Notes: generated by a model not told the origin, from the sequence alone. A DNA stretch of 64,000 nucleotides from Octopus sinensis (GCF_006345805.1 NC_043001.1:31682001-31746000), one strand, 5' to 3'; shown: positions 37,742 to 51,731, counted from the first letter of the stretch. Numbers and translations are program-made.

Positions 37742-39269
37742 TTGTGTGTATGTGTGTTTGTCCCCCTCACCACCGCTTGACAATCGATGCTGGTGTGTTT
37801 ACGTCTCCGCAATTTAGCGGTCCAGCGAAAGAGCCCAATAGCATAAGTATTAGGGGTCGATTTGTTTGACTAAAGTCGATGCTCCAGCATGGCCGCAGTC
37901 AAATGACTGAAACAAGTAAAAGATTATATTACATGATTTGCCGATATATTTTCTAAGATTTATTGTTAGCAGCTTTCGTCTACGTACCCTGAAATGACTA
38001 GACAAGAGCAACCTTAGACAGACAAACTCGATTACATGTGGAACCTTATTGATTGATATGTTAAGGGTCGCCATTCCTTGCATCTCACAATCATTCAGTA
38101 GCAAAAAAAAATTCTAATTTAATCGTTACATCTATTCCCTGATTCTGGCTGATTAGCTGCAGGTTAGACCCAGTCAACTTTTCACCTTCATTTGAGCAAC
38201 GCTGCACATCTCAAAAGGACAATGAAATCGGAGGCGCACATCTAATACTAACACACAAACGAACAACAACGGAAACTCATTTAGATTTCGCAATTCAATG
38301 CAGACCAGAAATATCCAGCAAATTCTGAGAAATTGTTCATTATTCTTAGAAAATATGATATACGTATACTGTTAACTTCGTGTCTTGTTATTTTTCTGCA
38401 TATGGGCTTTTCATATATATGTTCAGGTCGGTGTAATGGAATTACAAACATAGGGGGAAAAACACTTATTCGAATTATTAGATTACAGATAGGAGCTGAG
38501 TTCAAAATCATTGCAGGAATTTCGTTATGAATTTGGGCAATACACTTTAATCATTCGCGCCTCAGTTCACCCAGTTATCGAAGCTGTGATTACGATAAAC
38601 TGACGTTCTATACTATGCGATTAACGCTTCACACTACGAAGCTTAACGCTTACTTGCAACGCCGCGAAAGAAACGCTTAAATGTCCTTTGGGGATTTATT
38701 TCAACGATCTTTACTACTGATAGATTTTACTACTGATAAAACTTCAGATTCTGTTAGTTTACACATATCATCTGCTTTCCTTGATAGCAAAGATTGGTTA
38801 TCTACGTACGTTTAAAAGCAGGTGTTTTGCTTTAAGATATACCTGTCATAAGACTACAAAATTAAAGTAGCAGTAGTTCTTATGATTAAAACGATGAACC
38901 GATACCTGGAAATACTGTATACTGTTGAATAACTCAGTGAAATGTTAGCAGAGTTACTAGTTATACATACATACATGCAGGCAGGCAGACACATTCACAT
39001 GTTTTACATATGTGTTAATATTCTGAATATATTTAGTTTTTGTGTCTATATATATCCCTATATATCTATATATTCATTTATTTATATCTATATATATATG
39101 TCAAGCCTCATCGTGTTTATCTACACCACAATCTCCATATCAGTTCACCTGGATTTCTCGTATAGCCACTCTTTACCCCGTGGACCTAGTCTTTGATAAA
39201 AAACTTTGGAGCTCAAATTATTTGAGCACTACTACGCGTTTTCTATTTTGAGCTTCTCTAGATCTCACC

Positions 39270-39425
39270 TGCTGTATGTATGTATGCATGTATGTAGATA
39301 TGCATGTATGTATGTATGTATGTATGTATGTATGTATGTATGTATGTATACATATATATATATACATATATATATATACACATATACATACATATATACA
39401 TATATATACATACATATATACATAC

Positions 39426-39519
<94 letters not shown>

Positions 39520-39540
39520 TATATGTATGTTTGTATGTAT
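39270..39540. repeat. (TATG)n/(TA)n microsatellite field
   Basis: Direct reading. Confidence 0.95.
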
Positions 39541-39771
39541 ATCATTATTCAGTTTATTTCAAGTTTTCTTGCCAGTAGAGAAAGACCCGGTTTCTAACCT
39601 AGATCTAAGGCTCCTTCATTGGAATTTCAACATCAGTATATGTATACATATGTGTGTGCGTAGGCGGTTGTTTGTAGGCGGGTGTGTGTGTATGGGCGTG
39701 TGTGTATGTATGTATACAAACAATTTTTTTATGTATGTCTTAGGCATGTACTTATATATCTAAACATGTTC

Positions 39772-39827
<56 letters not shown>

Positions 39828-40499
39828 GTATGATTTTAATTACGATTTAAGTTAGGTAAACGAATATATTCTACTGAATTACTACCAGTATATCTCAGTT
39901 GAGTGCCAAATGACTGGATCACATCTATGATCTTCAGTTCATATCAAGATATACTTTAAAATCTGTTAGAATTTGTTGTGATTAAAATTTAAATAATTGG
40001 AAGAACGTAACATCTAGTCTAACATGAAGTAACTTACTAGACAAAGCTAATACAATGATGACCCAAAGAAGATGCCTCTATGTGGTCGCTTGACCTGTTA
40101 GAATTACTAGCAAAAACTAAACCCTACTATCTGAAACAAGAAGAAAGAGACAGTGGATATTGCAGTCCAAGATACACTGTGAGGGAGAAAAAATATCAGT
40201 TGGCCACTGCCCACCTTCATTCGAGTCTGTTCGATAGAAATAGATCTAGGCTTGGACAGTACTAAGTTAATCTAAAACTGCATTGAATATTCAAATTATT
40301 TCCTTTATTTTTATCTTAATAAACGAAATTACGGGTCGTATAATATCCAATTGTCTTTAGCCATCGAATTAGAACATAAAAAGGTTTTGTCAAAAAACAT
40401 TTCCTGTCTGAGGCAGAGAAGCCGAAATTACTTCAGCCAAATACTAGAATTGTTTTGTGTCTTTTTCTTTTATTAATTTAGTCTGAAGGAAGGAATTGT

Positions 40500-41250
40500 A
40501 CCCACATCCTTTAGAGTTTCTCAGAGAGAAGGGAGAACAAAGAAATTGATGGCAAGCGATAGTGGGAGAATTTTCAGAGAGCCGACGTTCTAGAGAGGAA
40601 GGATTGCGAAAAATGGGAAGTTAGTGTTAGGGTTAGGGTGCAGAGCCTTGGGTGGGAAAGGGTACAGTATAGAATGACAAATAGAAGAAAGACGAGTTAG
40701 CTGCAGAGTTTCTAAGAAGAGCTGACACTAGACTAGTCAGTTATAAGGAGTAGAGGGTACTGAAGAAGCGACAGAAAATGCAGATTAAGCCGGCAGCATG
40801 ATGTCTGTGGAATAAAGTTCGAGTGAGTTCGCAAGCGACTTTATGTTAATCAACCTGGCTGGCCATTTTTGGATACTGACTAGTTTGTGTAACAGTAATA
40901 TTGTCTGGACTGTGGGTACAGTATTTGTTATAAGTTTCACCTTATCTTTGTAAATAATTTGTAGTTGTCAGAGCTGAAGTATTTTCTTGCTCTGAACAGA
41001 AACATTAGTTTTTATGCAGTACTCATTCCTACGTTACTGCGTCGAGTGTGCGAGATCGTCAAGAGAGATAATAAGTGTTGGCAAAGATTGAAGGTGTTAG
41101 TTGCGTGTTGTTCATGCTTTGGAGGTTGGGTGGGTACGATGATGTTTTGTTGAAATGTGTAGCAACTGTGCTGAAGGAGACAAGATTGGTGTGACCCTAT
41201 TAGAGAATGTTTCCAAGGTTTTTGCTTATGAAGTTAGTGCAAATTTGGCG
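40500..41250 (-). mobile_element. Very decayed LINE 3' region (CR1/Jockey-like)
   Basis: Relic RTHSNFIPQTS motif resembling the SFIPRTSxLWN end of such RT ORFs; C/A-rich minus-strand composition. Confidence 0.4.
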
Positions 41251-41314
41251 GAGGTGACTAAGGTTCTTGCACTTGATACTTCGGTACGGAAAAATTAGTG
41301 AGTGCAGAATGATA

Positions 41315-41524
41315 TACTCTTTACTCTCTTTTACTCTTTTACTTGTTTCAGTTATTTGACTGCGGCCATGCTGGAGCACTGACCAGCAAATCGACCCCCA
41401 GGACTTATTCTTTGTAAGCCTAGTACTTATTCTATCGGTCTCTTTTGCCGAACCACCAAGTTACGGGGACGTAAACACACCAGCATCGATTGTCAAGCGA
41501 TGTTGGGGGTACAACCACAGACAC

Positions 41525-41555
<31 letters not shown>

Positions 41556-41724
41556 CAAATATATATATACGACGGGCTTCTTTTCAGTTTCCGTCTACCA
41601 AATCCACTCACAAGGCTTTGGTCGGCCCGAGGCTATAGTAGAAGACACTTGCCCAAGGTGCCATGCAGGGGGACTGAACCTGGAACCATGTGGTTGGTAA
41701 ACGAGCTACTTACCACACGGCCTC
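41315..41724 (-). mobile_element. SINE family A, full length
   Basis: Reverse complement of family A. Confidence 0.9.
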
Positions 41725-42430
41725 TTTTACACCTATAAGAGTGGACGTTATAGGAAGTGACGCAAATAGGCACTTGATGTGTGGATGAAAGAGTTAAGGG
41801 GCAAAATCAAACAATGATATACATCAGAGTTGATACAGTGTCGGCTAGTGAATGAGAATCTTGATATCTGACAGGAAACCTTCTATTCAAGGGAGGGAAG
41901 ATAGATGGATCTTATAGGTAGCCAGCTGAGTTAAGAGATTCGTATACCAGATACGAAATCTTTGCTTAAGACATATCCAACCACACCGTTTTTACCAAAT
42001 CGCTCAAGAATGATGATTTACTAGTGAGTGACATTTGACAGGAAATTTTCTTGTAGATCTCGCTCTTACAGAAGCCGTGCTGGTACTCATTATGTTATTT
42101 AGACCACCGTATTTATGCTTGTTCTGTTGCCCCATTATAAATTTAAATTACGCTCGTAAACTATAATTGTCTATCAGAACTTAAATTAACACAAATAAAC
42201 TCCTTTTCTATAAAACAATGCCTCAGTAGTTGTAATATAATTTATTACTAACTATACTAAGTTATCCTTGTACTGTTTAGATGTAAATATTCGAACTTAG
42301 ATGAAAGGGAAAACATGCAAACATATCATTCGATCAGTCAATAATTCAATTTATGCATCAATCAGTTGGTCTATTCTCTCAATAAACTATTCGAAGCAAC
42401 AGATTGCCAAACCAAATGAATATCTTTTAT

Positions 42431-42833
42431 CTTTCACTTGTTTCAGTCATTAGACTGCAGCCATGCTGGAGCACCGCCTTGAAGGGCTAAGCCGAACTAA
42501 CTGGCCCCAGGACTTACTTTTTTTCTAATCTTAGTACTTACTTATATTATCGCTCTCTTTCTGCCGAACAGCTAAGTTACTGGGACGTAAACAAACCAAC
42601 ACCGGTTATCAAGCGGTGGTAGGGACAAACACAAACACAAAGACACGCGCGCGTGCACACATACATATTCGACAGTGCTTATTTCAGTTTCCGTCTACCA
42701 AATCCACTCACGAACCTTTAATCGGCTCGGGGCTATGATAGACGACATTTTTCCAAGGTGTCACACAGTGGGACTGAAACCCTTAACATGTGGTTGGGAA
42801 GCAAACTTTGTACCATACAGCCTCACCTGCACC
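42431..42833 (-). mobile_element. SINE family A, older diverged copy
   Basis: Same modules with many substitutions. Confidence 0.8.
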
Positions 42834-43888
42834 TATTGGCATATTAATTTCGTTCTAAGTTCTAATTTCAAATCCAAATAGGTTCAGCTTCACGTTTTGT
42901 ACGTTTCTGAATCGATATTAATTACTGGTTGATAATAAGCGACAAATGAAGTACCAGTAATGCAATGTAAATTCAACGAAAATTCGCTTCCTAATTTGTC
43001 TCTTACTAAAACATTATAAATATAAACGGAGATGTTGCCGTACAACATAGCTTTCTGGTTTGTTATCGAACGAACAAAAATGATGTTCAAGAATAAAGAA
43101 TCACATTTTGCAAAAAAAAATTTCCGGCTATTTCATACCTTAAAATCATGTACAAATTAATTATACAACAGCCGTGTTAATCAGTTTATCGGGGATAATT
43201 TCAATCTAATAAGATTGAAAATTATGAATTGATGAAGAAGCAATTGGAATACAAATGAGTTTATTAGTTCAGGCTTGTATTGATCACCTTTGAATAAAGT
43301 TATATACTGCGACAAACTAGCAGGCTGTGCAGTTAAAATGGTACCTTTTTTAATAGATTGAATACATATTTCCTTAATGCCAGCTTGCGCCATGTTCATG
43401 GCAAAGGGTTTTAATTGTGAATAAATATAATGAAAAGTACAATATATCCCAACGTAAATAGCTGGTCGGAGTATTTCGTTAGCCAGTATGCTGAGATGAA
43501 ATATTTCCTTTGCAATATAGACATACATAAGAATATTCTATGATCTAGACACACTCGATAAAAATCTTCAGCGTTTCTCAATGATGTAGGATATTCATAA
43601 TCATGTGAATTCATTAACTACTGCGTCCGTAAAACTCTTAACGATATATTTTAATTGCAGTAGTGGTTGCATTTTTTCTACCTTCTGAATTCAAATATCC
43701 TGCTGATTTCAACTTCGCATTTCATCCTTCCGGTGTTGATAAAATAAGTACCAAGTCCCAGTTCATTACTAAGGCCAAGCTAATCGACTACACCCTCTCC
43801 CAAAATGTTTGGCCATGTGCCTATGTTTGAAATCAATACTAAATAAAATTTTTGCTAATTTTCAGTGCTCATCTTGATTAATTATAAC

Positions 43889-44317
43889 TTGATCAGGATC
43901 TTTTCGGTTTGAACGGCAGTTTTTTTCTAGCGGTGTTATATGAAATTGTCACCCATAATTATGACCCTAGTATCGATCTATTGCATTTCAATCTGTTTTA
44001 GGGTTAGGGGTGGGGGGAAAGGGTATCCTTTTTTTCTTCACAAAGGTAAATAAACCCAATCTGTTTCTTAAACGAGGGACATATTCATACGGCACAGAAT
44101 GTTTTCACCTTCAATAGACGTCAGTGACTGGTTGAAATTGCAGAAATTGAAGAAAAAAACAACAAATATCTTACAAATTATAGAATTTTCTCAATAAAGC
44201 CAAGAGAAAAAGATGTTTTATAAACACATTCTACCAGTATACGAAGTTTAACATTTTTTAGTTACCTAGAAATTATGTTAAAAACTGTCGTTCAAACCGA
44301 AAAGAACCCTTGATCAA
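43889..44317. mobile_element. MITE-like element with ~30-bp terminal inverted repeats
   Basis: ggatcttttcggtttgaacggcagttttt versus aaaaactgtcgttcaaaccgaaaagaaccc; flanked by ttgatca on both sides. Confidence 0.8.
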
Positions 44318-45082
44318 AAATGAAGAAATTAAAATTCAGTGGAAATTGTATCCAAGTTGATATATTTGTTTGTTAAAGCTTCCTTGCCAAATTCTGTACA
44401 GTCAATCGAACGTTCGTGATATTAAGTTTAAATTGACACCGGTCGCAAGGAAATAGTAAGATGAGGTAAAACCATAAGGATACTTATTATAACGGCTGGT
44501 CAAAAAAGTAGGTGCAGTGGCAAGACGATTATTTTTCTTGCAACAATATATACATCATATTGTCGCGGATGTTGACACGAAAAGAAAAACCAGAAAACAA
44601 AAATACAAAGCAAAGTAATGATTAAATAATTCATTTTAGAAGAGCATAATAGATATTTCAGCGTCAACCTAAGCTAGCAGCAAGAAGCAAACATCAGAGC
44701 TAAGACTGTTTACGTGAGGAAATAATGAAAAAGCTTTCAAAGTAAACTAACAATGCTTGCAGATACTGTAGAAAGGAAAATATGTAGCTTTAATGTTAGC
44801 TTTCAACTAGTGACTTATTTTGCTTATTAGTGATACGTTTTGTATAAATGAAAAACAGGTGCTTCAAAAATTCTCGAGGGATAAAGAAAAATTAGTTTTT
44901 GAAGAAATCGAAAATCAAGTTGACAACAGATATGTCTGGGTAGGGGAAGTAGGTAATGTTTTTTTAGAGCGTTTCTGCTAGCAAAATCGAACGGTCCAAA
45001 ATCCGTACGTCGCTCTTTAGGCTGTATCCATGCCATATACACTTACAAAATTTATAACGCTGTAAGTATAATTGGTATACTC

Positions 45083-45315
45083 AAGGCGGCGAGCTGGCAG
45101 AAACGTTAGCACCCCGGGCGAAATGCGTAGCCGCATTTTGTCTGCCGTTACGTTCTGAGTTCAAATTCCGCCGAGGTCGACTTTGCCTTTCATCCTTTCG
45201 GCGTCGATAAATTAAGTACCAGTTACGCACTGGGGTCGATATAATCGACTTCATCCGTTTGTCTGTCCTTGTTTGTCCCCTCTATGTTTAGCCCCTTGTG
45301 GGCAGTAAAGAAATA
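45083..45315 (+). mobile_element. SINE family B with a 16-bp TSD
   Basis: TATAATTGGTATACTC at 45067-45082 and 45316-45331. Confidence 0.93.
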
Positions 45316-46003
45316 TATAATTGGTATACTCCTGATGGGCGTAATTCATTGCTGTTAACAGTTGGAGCACTATATTTTGATAAGTCTTTCTCAGCGTGCA
45401 GCGCTGAGCTCTTTCTGTGAGTATAGTTTCACTAGAGTGACCTTTATTGGAAATGCATGATTTTAGGATCTTAAATAATGCTCCACGAGAAATAATGCAT
45501 TATGATATTCATGTCACGTTACTTTGAGTTCAAACCTAGGCTAAATTCACTTTTACCCTTCGAGGATAGATCCTAAAAGGAAAGTTTGAACACAAGTGAA
45601 ACAAAATCGCAATCTATTATCTTGTAAAGTATCATTGAATCCCCCCAAAACCATCTCGTATTTCTAATGTGTAGCAGCTGATTGAGACGGTGTAGGCGTT
45701 AATTACTAAAGAGTCATTAATTCATGTCATGTCACCATCATCGCGCTGTGTTTACTTTACTTCTAAATACCATAGGCAGGTGCAAGAAACGGAAGTCTAA
45801 ATAATCGAAAACTGTTTTTTAAGACCGTAGTATCGAGTTCTAAACGTTCCACAAAGTAGGAAGACAATATTTTTTTTAGTGCTTTTCTTTGCAAGACAAT
45901 TGCTGACAGAAATTCCGAATATTACTTATACATTATTTACATTATTTACATTATTTACATTATTTACATTTGACGGATATTTGTCCTCATCTTGTTTGTT
46001 GTT

Positions 46004-46049
46004 AACACAACGTTTCGGCTGATATACCCTCCAGCCTTCTTCAGGTGTC
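46004..46049 (-). ncRNA. Minimal type I hammerhead ribozyme
   Basis: GACAC-CUGAAGA-A-GGCUG/CAGCC-GAAA-CG-UU-GUGUU; core intact. Confidence 0.8.
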
Positions 46050-46096
46050 TTGGGGAAATTTCGAACCTGGGTTCTTATTACTAAGGTATTTTTCGA

Positions 46097-46150
<54 letters not shown>

Positions 46151-46317
46151 AGTCACTGCCTGGAATCGAACTCGGAATCTTGGGGTTAGTAGCCCGCACT
46201 CTTAACCCCAAGATTCCGAGTTCGATTCCAGGCAGTGACTTGCATAATAATAATAATAATAATAATAACCTCGAAAAATACCTTAGGAATGAGAACCCAG
46301 GTTCGAAATTTCCCCAA

Positions 46318-46363
46318 GACACCTGATGAAGGCTGGAGGGTATATCAGCCGAAACGTTGTGTT
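46318..46363 (+). ncRNA. Minimal type I hammerhead ribozyme
   Basis: Stem I GACAC/GUGUU, core CUGAUGA 46323-46329, extra A, stem II GGCUG/CAGCC, GAAA 46351-46354, palindromic ACGU stem III, predicted cleavage after GUU at 46358. Confidence 0.82.
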
Positions 46364-46951
46364 AACAACAAACAAGATGAGGACAAATATCCGTCAAATG
46401 TAAATAATGTAAATAATGTACATAATTCTTCATCTCTTAAATATAGAACTGTATTACTTCATATATTTCAGACACATGGAGCCCCCTAGTGGACAGTAAG
46501 TACAAGAAAGGTAATCATTTCATTATAATATTTGGCGCGACTAGAAGTTTGAATATGGAATTAGGAATAAGGAAAAGGATACACAGAATATACATACTTA
46601 AATTCTGTTTTAGCTTTCTTATTATGAAGGTCTTAAAACTTTTTGTTTTAGTTAATCTCGTACAGCACCATTTCATTCTGTTTAGAAATCATCAGCATGA
46701 TATAAATTACAGTAAATAAATTGAACATCTTACGAAGCAAGACATTTCTTATCGATTGAAAATAATTATAGTCTTGAATAAATTCAAAGAATGTGTGTTT
46801 GGAAGTTTTATTGATTTCTTCTGTTTTTTTTTTCTGTAAAGTAAGTATCCAGGTTTCCTGTTTTTAAATGGTTTTGCAGCATCTTTCAAAATATGGCGCA
46901 GGAAATACAGACGTAATCTATAAGAAAATCCACTTTTTTCATCTTTACATT

Positions 46952-47116
46952 TTACCTTTTACTTGTTTCAGCCACCAGACTGCGGTCATGCTGGGGCACT
47001 GCTTTGAAGAATTTTTAATCGAATGAGTAAGCCTGCTATTTATTCTATCGATCTGTTTTGCCGAACCGGGGAAATAACACCGGTTGTCAATCGGTTATGG
47101 AACACACACACACACA

Positions 47117-47159
<43 letters not shown>

Positions 47160-47572
47160 AATACAAGGGTCTTCTTTCAGTTTCTCTTTTCTTTATTGTT
47201 CACAAGGGGCTAAACATAGAGGGAACAAACAAAGATAGACAAAGGGATTAAGTCGATTGCATCGACCCCAGTGTGTAACTGGTACTTAATTTATCGACCC
47301 CGAAAGGATGAAAGGCAAATTCGACCTCGGCGGAATTTGAACTCAGAACGTAACGGCAGACGAAATACCGCTAAGCATTTCGCCCGGCCTGCTAACGTCT
47401 CTTCCAGCTCGCCGTTTTCTTTCAGTTTCTGTCTACCAAATCCATTCACAGAGCTTTGGTGGACTCGAGGTTATAGTAGAAGACATTTGCCCAAAATTCC
47501 ACGCAGTGGAACTGAACCTAAAGCCATGTGGTTGGGAAGTAAGTCATTTACCAGGCAACCACTTCTGCGCCT
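46952..47572 (-). mobile_element. Diverged SINE A interrupted by a nested SINE B (47186-47416)
   Basis: TSD TTCTTTCAGTTTCT at 47172-47185 and 47417-47430. Confidence 0.88.
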
Positions 47573-48235
47573 CTATATTTATGCATCTTTTTTTTATTAG
47601 TTTAGCTTGAGAATATTATAATTTCAATGAATTCTTTAATTTCTTTAGACTTTTTTTTCACAGCTGTATGAATGATTCTTATTATTTACCGACGATTCAT
47701 ATTCTAAACCTATGTGAATTTTTAATACTTTAATTTGATATTTCACAAGGACGAATTAGTTTGTTAATGCTTTCATTGTAGCAAAAGATGATTTATTTTC
47801 ATCTATAACAAAATATAGGATTTTATTAAGATCAAAGATTAAACGTATTTCTTTTGTTACACATTCATTCTCAAATCATTTACTTAGTAGATTCTAGGAT
47901 AGCGATATTATTTGGCACAGAAATTACTATCGTAAATCTTATGCTCCCCAACTTTGTTTGCATATATGTATATCTAGAAACGTCGCAAATGCAGTGGTCT
48001 AGCTTGATTGCGTGCCGCTCGGGGCGACCCCTGAATTTCCCTTCCCGGAACCCCAATTCTGTACAGATTTATACAATAGACCCAAAAGTGTTGCCTTTCC
48101 CCCACCAACTATACTCGTATGCAAATATTGAGTCGTTGTATTATTTGTTATTGCTGTATATTTCTTTCTTATTAGTTACACACACTTTCTGTCACCTAAA
48201 ATAGTACTGTACATGATTATTTTTTTTATTTATGC

Positions 48236-48536
48236 ATGCGCCCTTTTCAAGCCTAGCCAGGCTCATGGGCCCGGTTTCCCGGTTTCTGTGGCGTATGTGT
48301 TCCCCCCAGCTGGACGGGACGCCAGTCCATCGCAACGTTACTCAAGAAACAGGAAGACAGAGTGAGAGAAAGTTGGGGCGAAAGAGTACAACAGGGGTCG
48401 TCACCCCCCTCCCGGAGCGTCGTGGAGCTTTAGGCGTTTTCGCTCAATAAACACACACAACGCCCAGTCTGGGAATCGAAACCGTGATCCTCCGACCACG
48501 AGTCCGCTGCCCTAACCACTGGGCCATTGCCCCTCC
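48236..48536 (-). mobile_element. SINE family C, tail type 2 (V-domain-like gatggactggcgtcccgtccag)
   Basis: Family C head; 3' half unrelated to that of the 7304 copy. Confidence 0.85.
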
Positions 48537-49318
48537 ACACTGTACATGATACATATTTTAATAGACGAAAAAAAAAAAAAAATTGCAGCCGGCAATTGCA
48601 GATGGTTTGGTTTTCCTAGAAACGATTACACGGTAAGACATGAAAAATAGCCAGGCGATGTTAAAATGAGGATTGCCAATAATTATAAGTATTTTGTACG
48701 TGGAATTTTGTCAGTGGAATGATAATTTACGAATTATCAATGGAATATTCTTAACGTTAAAAAATGTATGACAAATGAACTGTGATAAATTAATTTGTTA
48801 TGTGTATGCAATTCATCTGCTTTATGCAAATTCACTTGTTATATATATATATATTTAAGACTTATCTAATGTATTACGATTAATTTGGTTTTACTCAAAA
48901 TCATATTCTCAAAATATTATGTCTGAGAACTTAAGCGAGATATTTTAAGATAGACTGTTGATTATATCACTGAAACGAATTCAATTTCCATTGTATCTTT
49001 TGAATATGTTTGGAATAGATAAAATACATGTTAATGATATAGTGGAATCAAATCACATGCAACAAGTTTTTTAGAAAATGTGACCCTGGCGCAAACGAAA
49101 AGAAAAAAAAAATCATTGCTAATATGCCTGGAATATATTTATAAGGTTAAGAAGCTCGTTGTGCAACCAAGTGATTTCTGGTTCACTCCCACTGTGTGGT
49201 ACCTTGGGCAAGTGTTTCATATTAGAGCCTCAGGCCGACCAATGCCTCCTGAGTGAAATTGGTAGACGGAAAGTGTGTGGAAATCTGCGGTGTGAATAGG
49301 TGCACAACCACACACACA

Positions 49319-49386
<68 letters not shown>

Positions 49387-50157
49387 CATACATGCACACA
49401 CATACATACATACATATATACATACATACATACATACATAAAGCACATGATTTGAAGCAATTTGCCAAGACCCTTATTTTGTGCGATTGGCTAATAAGGG
49501 AGATAGAAGCAGCAGTGTATAAGAAATCGGAGATGATTTTAAGCACCAATGGAATGTACGCTGCAAATTCGACATTCTGGGAACTTTTGTCTTAATCTAC
49601 AGCGCTCGCCACCGTGAGAATTATCATATTGGTTCTGTTTCATTCAAGGCAGTGTTTGATGTCTACGTTTGATGTTCTGCTTCATTGTTGTAACAATAGC
49701 TGAAATGGAATGGTCTCAGGAACAATGGTACGTGTGTTAATTGTGCTATTCGTGCTTTCAGACTTGAATAGTCCTGCAGTCAAATTGACAGTTTGGAGGG
49801 TAGGGGGGGGAATGGAAAGAAAAAAAAAGAGAAAAAAGGAATCCACTGTATTTGCTTATCACTACGTCGTCATGGGAATAATATACTTGATTGTTGAGAG
49901 AACTATAAACTCTAACTGTAATGGTAAGTGAATGAATATATTTTCACTGGAAATTGTAAAGTTACTTTAGCTTAATCAGTGAAATTTCAATCTCTTCTTC
50001 TTTACTATTTTAAATTTGTAAGCAGAAGAGGAGTTTCGATGCAATTAAGGTTTTGCAGCGCGGAAAACATATATTAGCCATTGAAACACCCTCAGCCCAC
50101 ACATTGTTAATTTCACTTAAAAGATTTGCTGTTTGGTGTCAAAATTTTCGTAGTACC

Positions 50158-50420
50158 TTCCTTCTCGAGCAATGCCTGACTCATAAGGGCCGGTTTCCTG
50201 GTTTCATGGTCCGTCGCAGGTGAGCTGCAAGGTGCAGGAAGAAAGAGTGAGAGAAAATGTGGCGAAAGAGTCAGCAGAAAATTCGCCATTATCTTCTGCA
50301 CGAGCCGCGTGGAGCTTAGGTGTTTCACTCATAAACATACACATCGCTCGGTCTGAGATTCGAACCCGCGATCCTTCGACCGCGAGTCCGCTGCTCTAAC
50401 CACTAGGCCATGTGCCTCCA
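50158..50420 (-). mobile_element. SINE family C, tail type 2 (internally deleted)
   Basis: Collinear with 61878-62176. Confidence 0.8.
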
Positions 50421-50609
50421 CATGGCCATGTGCTGCAACGAAAATTTAGCTTCACACACGGTCTCAGATCAAATCACTTGCCTGACAAGTACGTTTTCAA
50501 AACTTTTGTTATTTTATTTTACAGATTTAAAATTTTAAATTCATTAAACTTCGATTCAATATTCCTACCTCTCAATATACAGACACGGATGAAAATTGAA
50601 TGATAATAA

Positions 50610-50670
50610 GGTGTTGGTGGTGTTGGTGATGTTGGTGTTGGTGATGTTGGTGTTGGTGATGTTGGTGCTG
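50610..50670. repeat. Short (GGTGTTGGTGATGTT)n tandem repeat
   Basis: Direct reading. Confidence 0.85.
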
Positions 50671-51289
50671 GAAATAAAATCTGAATCTAGCAAATCTTTT
50701 AATTTACATTGAAAATTGTAATTAAATAGCTAAAACATTTAAAAAATGTATTTAGATTCCAACGGGAATCTAAAATTCAGATTCCCCTTTTTCATTTCGG
50801 TTTTTAAAATATGTGCAGTTGCTTTGACATTTTAAACTAGTAAAAAGACAAAAGAAACAAAAAAAAATAATAACAGGTGAAAAAATACTTTAGCAGAACT
50901 CTTAATCAAAGACCTTCCATCCGTGATCCTCTCGTTTTAGACTATATTTTCCGACATGTTCTTTGTTCCTTCTAACGGTAGAATGAGTTTTAGGAAATCA
51001 GGTCGCTATTTCTAACTGGTCGAAAAAACCGTATACAGACTCACGCGTTGTGTTATTTCTTACTTGTTAAAGTCAATGGGCTACGGCCATGCTAGGGCAC
51101 TGCCATAATAGGTTTTAGTTGAACAAATCAACCCCCCAGTACATACGTATTTTTAAAGTCTGGTTTTTATTCTATCTTTCTCTTTTGCAGAATCACTTAG
51201 TTACAGGGACATAGAGAAACCAACACCAGCTGTCAAGCGATGGGTGTGTATGAGAAACAGAAAGACATATACACACGTACACACACACA

Positions 51290-51650
51290 CGCTAATACTT
51301 ATGTGCGTGTATATGTATGTATATATGCATGTGTGTATATATATACATATAGATACATACATACATATATATATGTATATATATGTATATATGCATGTGT
51401 GTATATATATATATGCATGTGTGTATATATATGCATGTATATATATATGTATATATGCATGTGTGTATATATATGCATGTATATATATATGTATATATGC
51501 ATGTGTGTATATATATACATATAGATACATACATACATATATATATGTATATATGTATATATATATGTATATATATATATGTATATATATATATGTATGT
51601 ATATATATATATATGTACATACATATATATATATGTAATATATATATATG

Positions 51651-51731
<81 letters not shown>

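Larger units (their letters stand above)
45929..46450. mobile_element. Fold-back element: tRNA-derived head + (AAT)n + Penelope-like tail, as two inverted arms
   Basis: Arms of roughly 220-260 bp pair almost perfectly around a 14-nt loop (46189-46202); the head reads GGTTAAGAGTGCGGGCTACTAACCCCAAGATTCCGAGTTCGATTCC on the minus strand. Confidence 0.9.

Noticed and set aside
40620-40640. Telomeric TTAGGG repeats
   Set aside because: Only about two units; chance or TE-internal, not an interstitial telomere.
42890-43614. Overlapping minus-strand ORFs (67-115 aa) with hydrophobic stretches, superficially GPCR-like
   Set aside because: No class A motifs, no consistent frame or splice sites; possibly an unrecognised TE relic.
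46655-46700. Minus-strand CUGAUGA...GAAA hammerhead-like match
   Set aside because: Stem I has only two weak pairs and stem III needs a 2-nt loop with wobbles; treated as chance.
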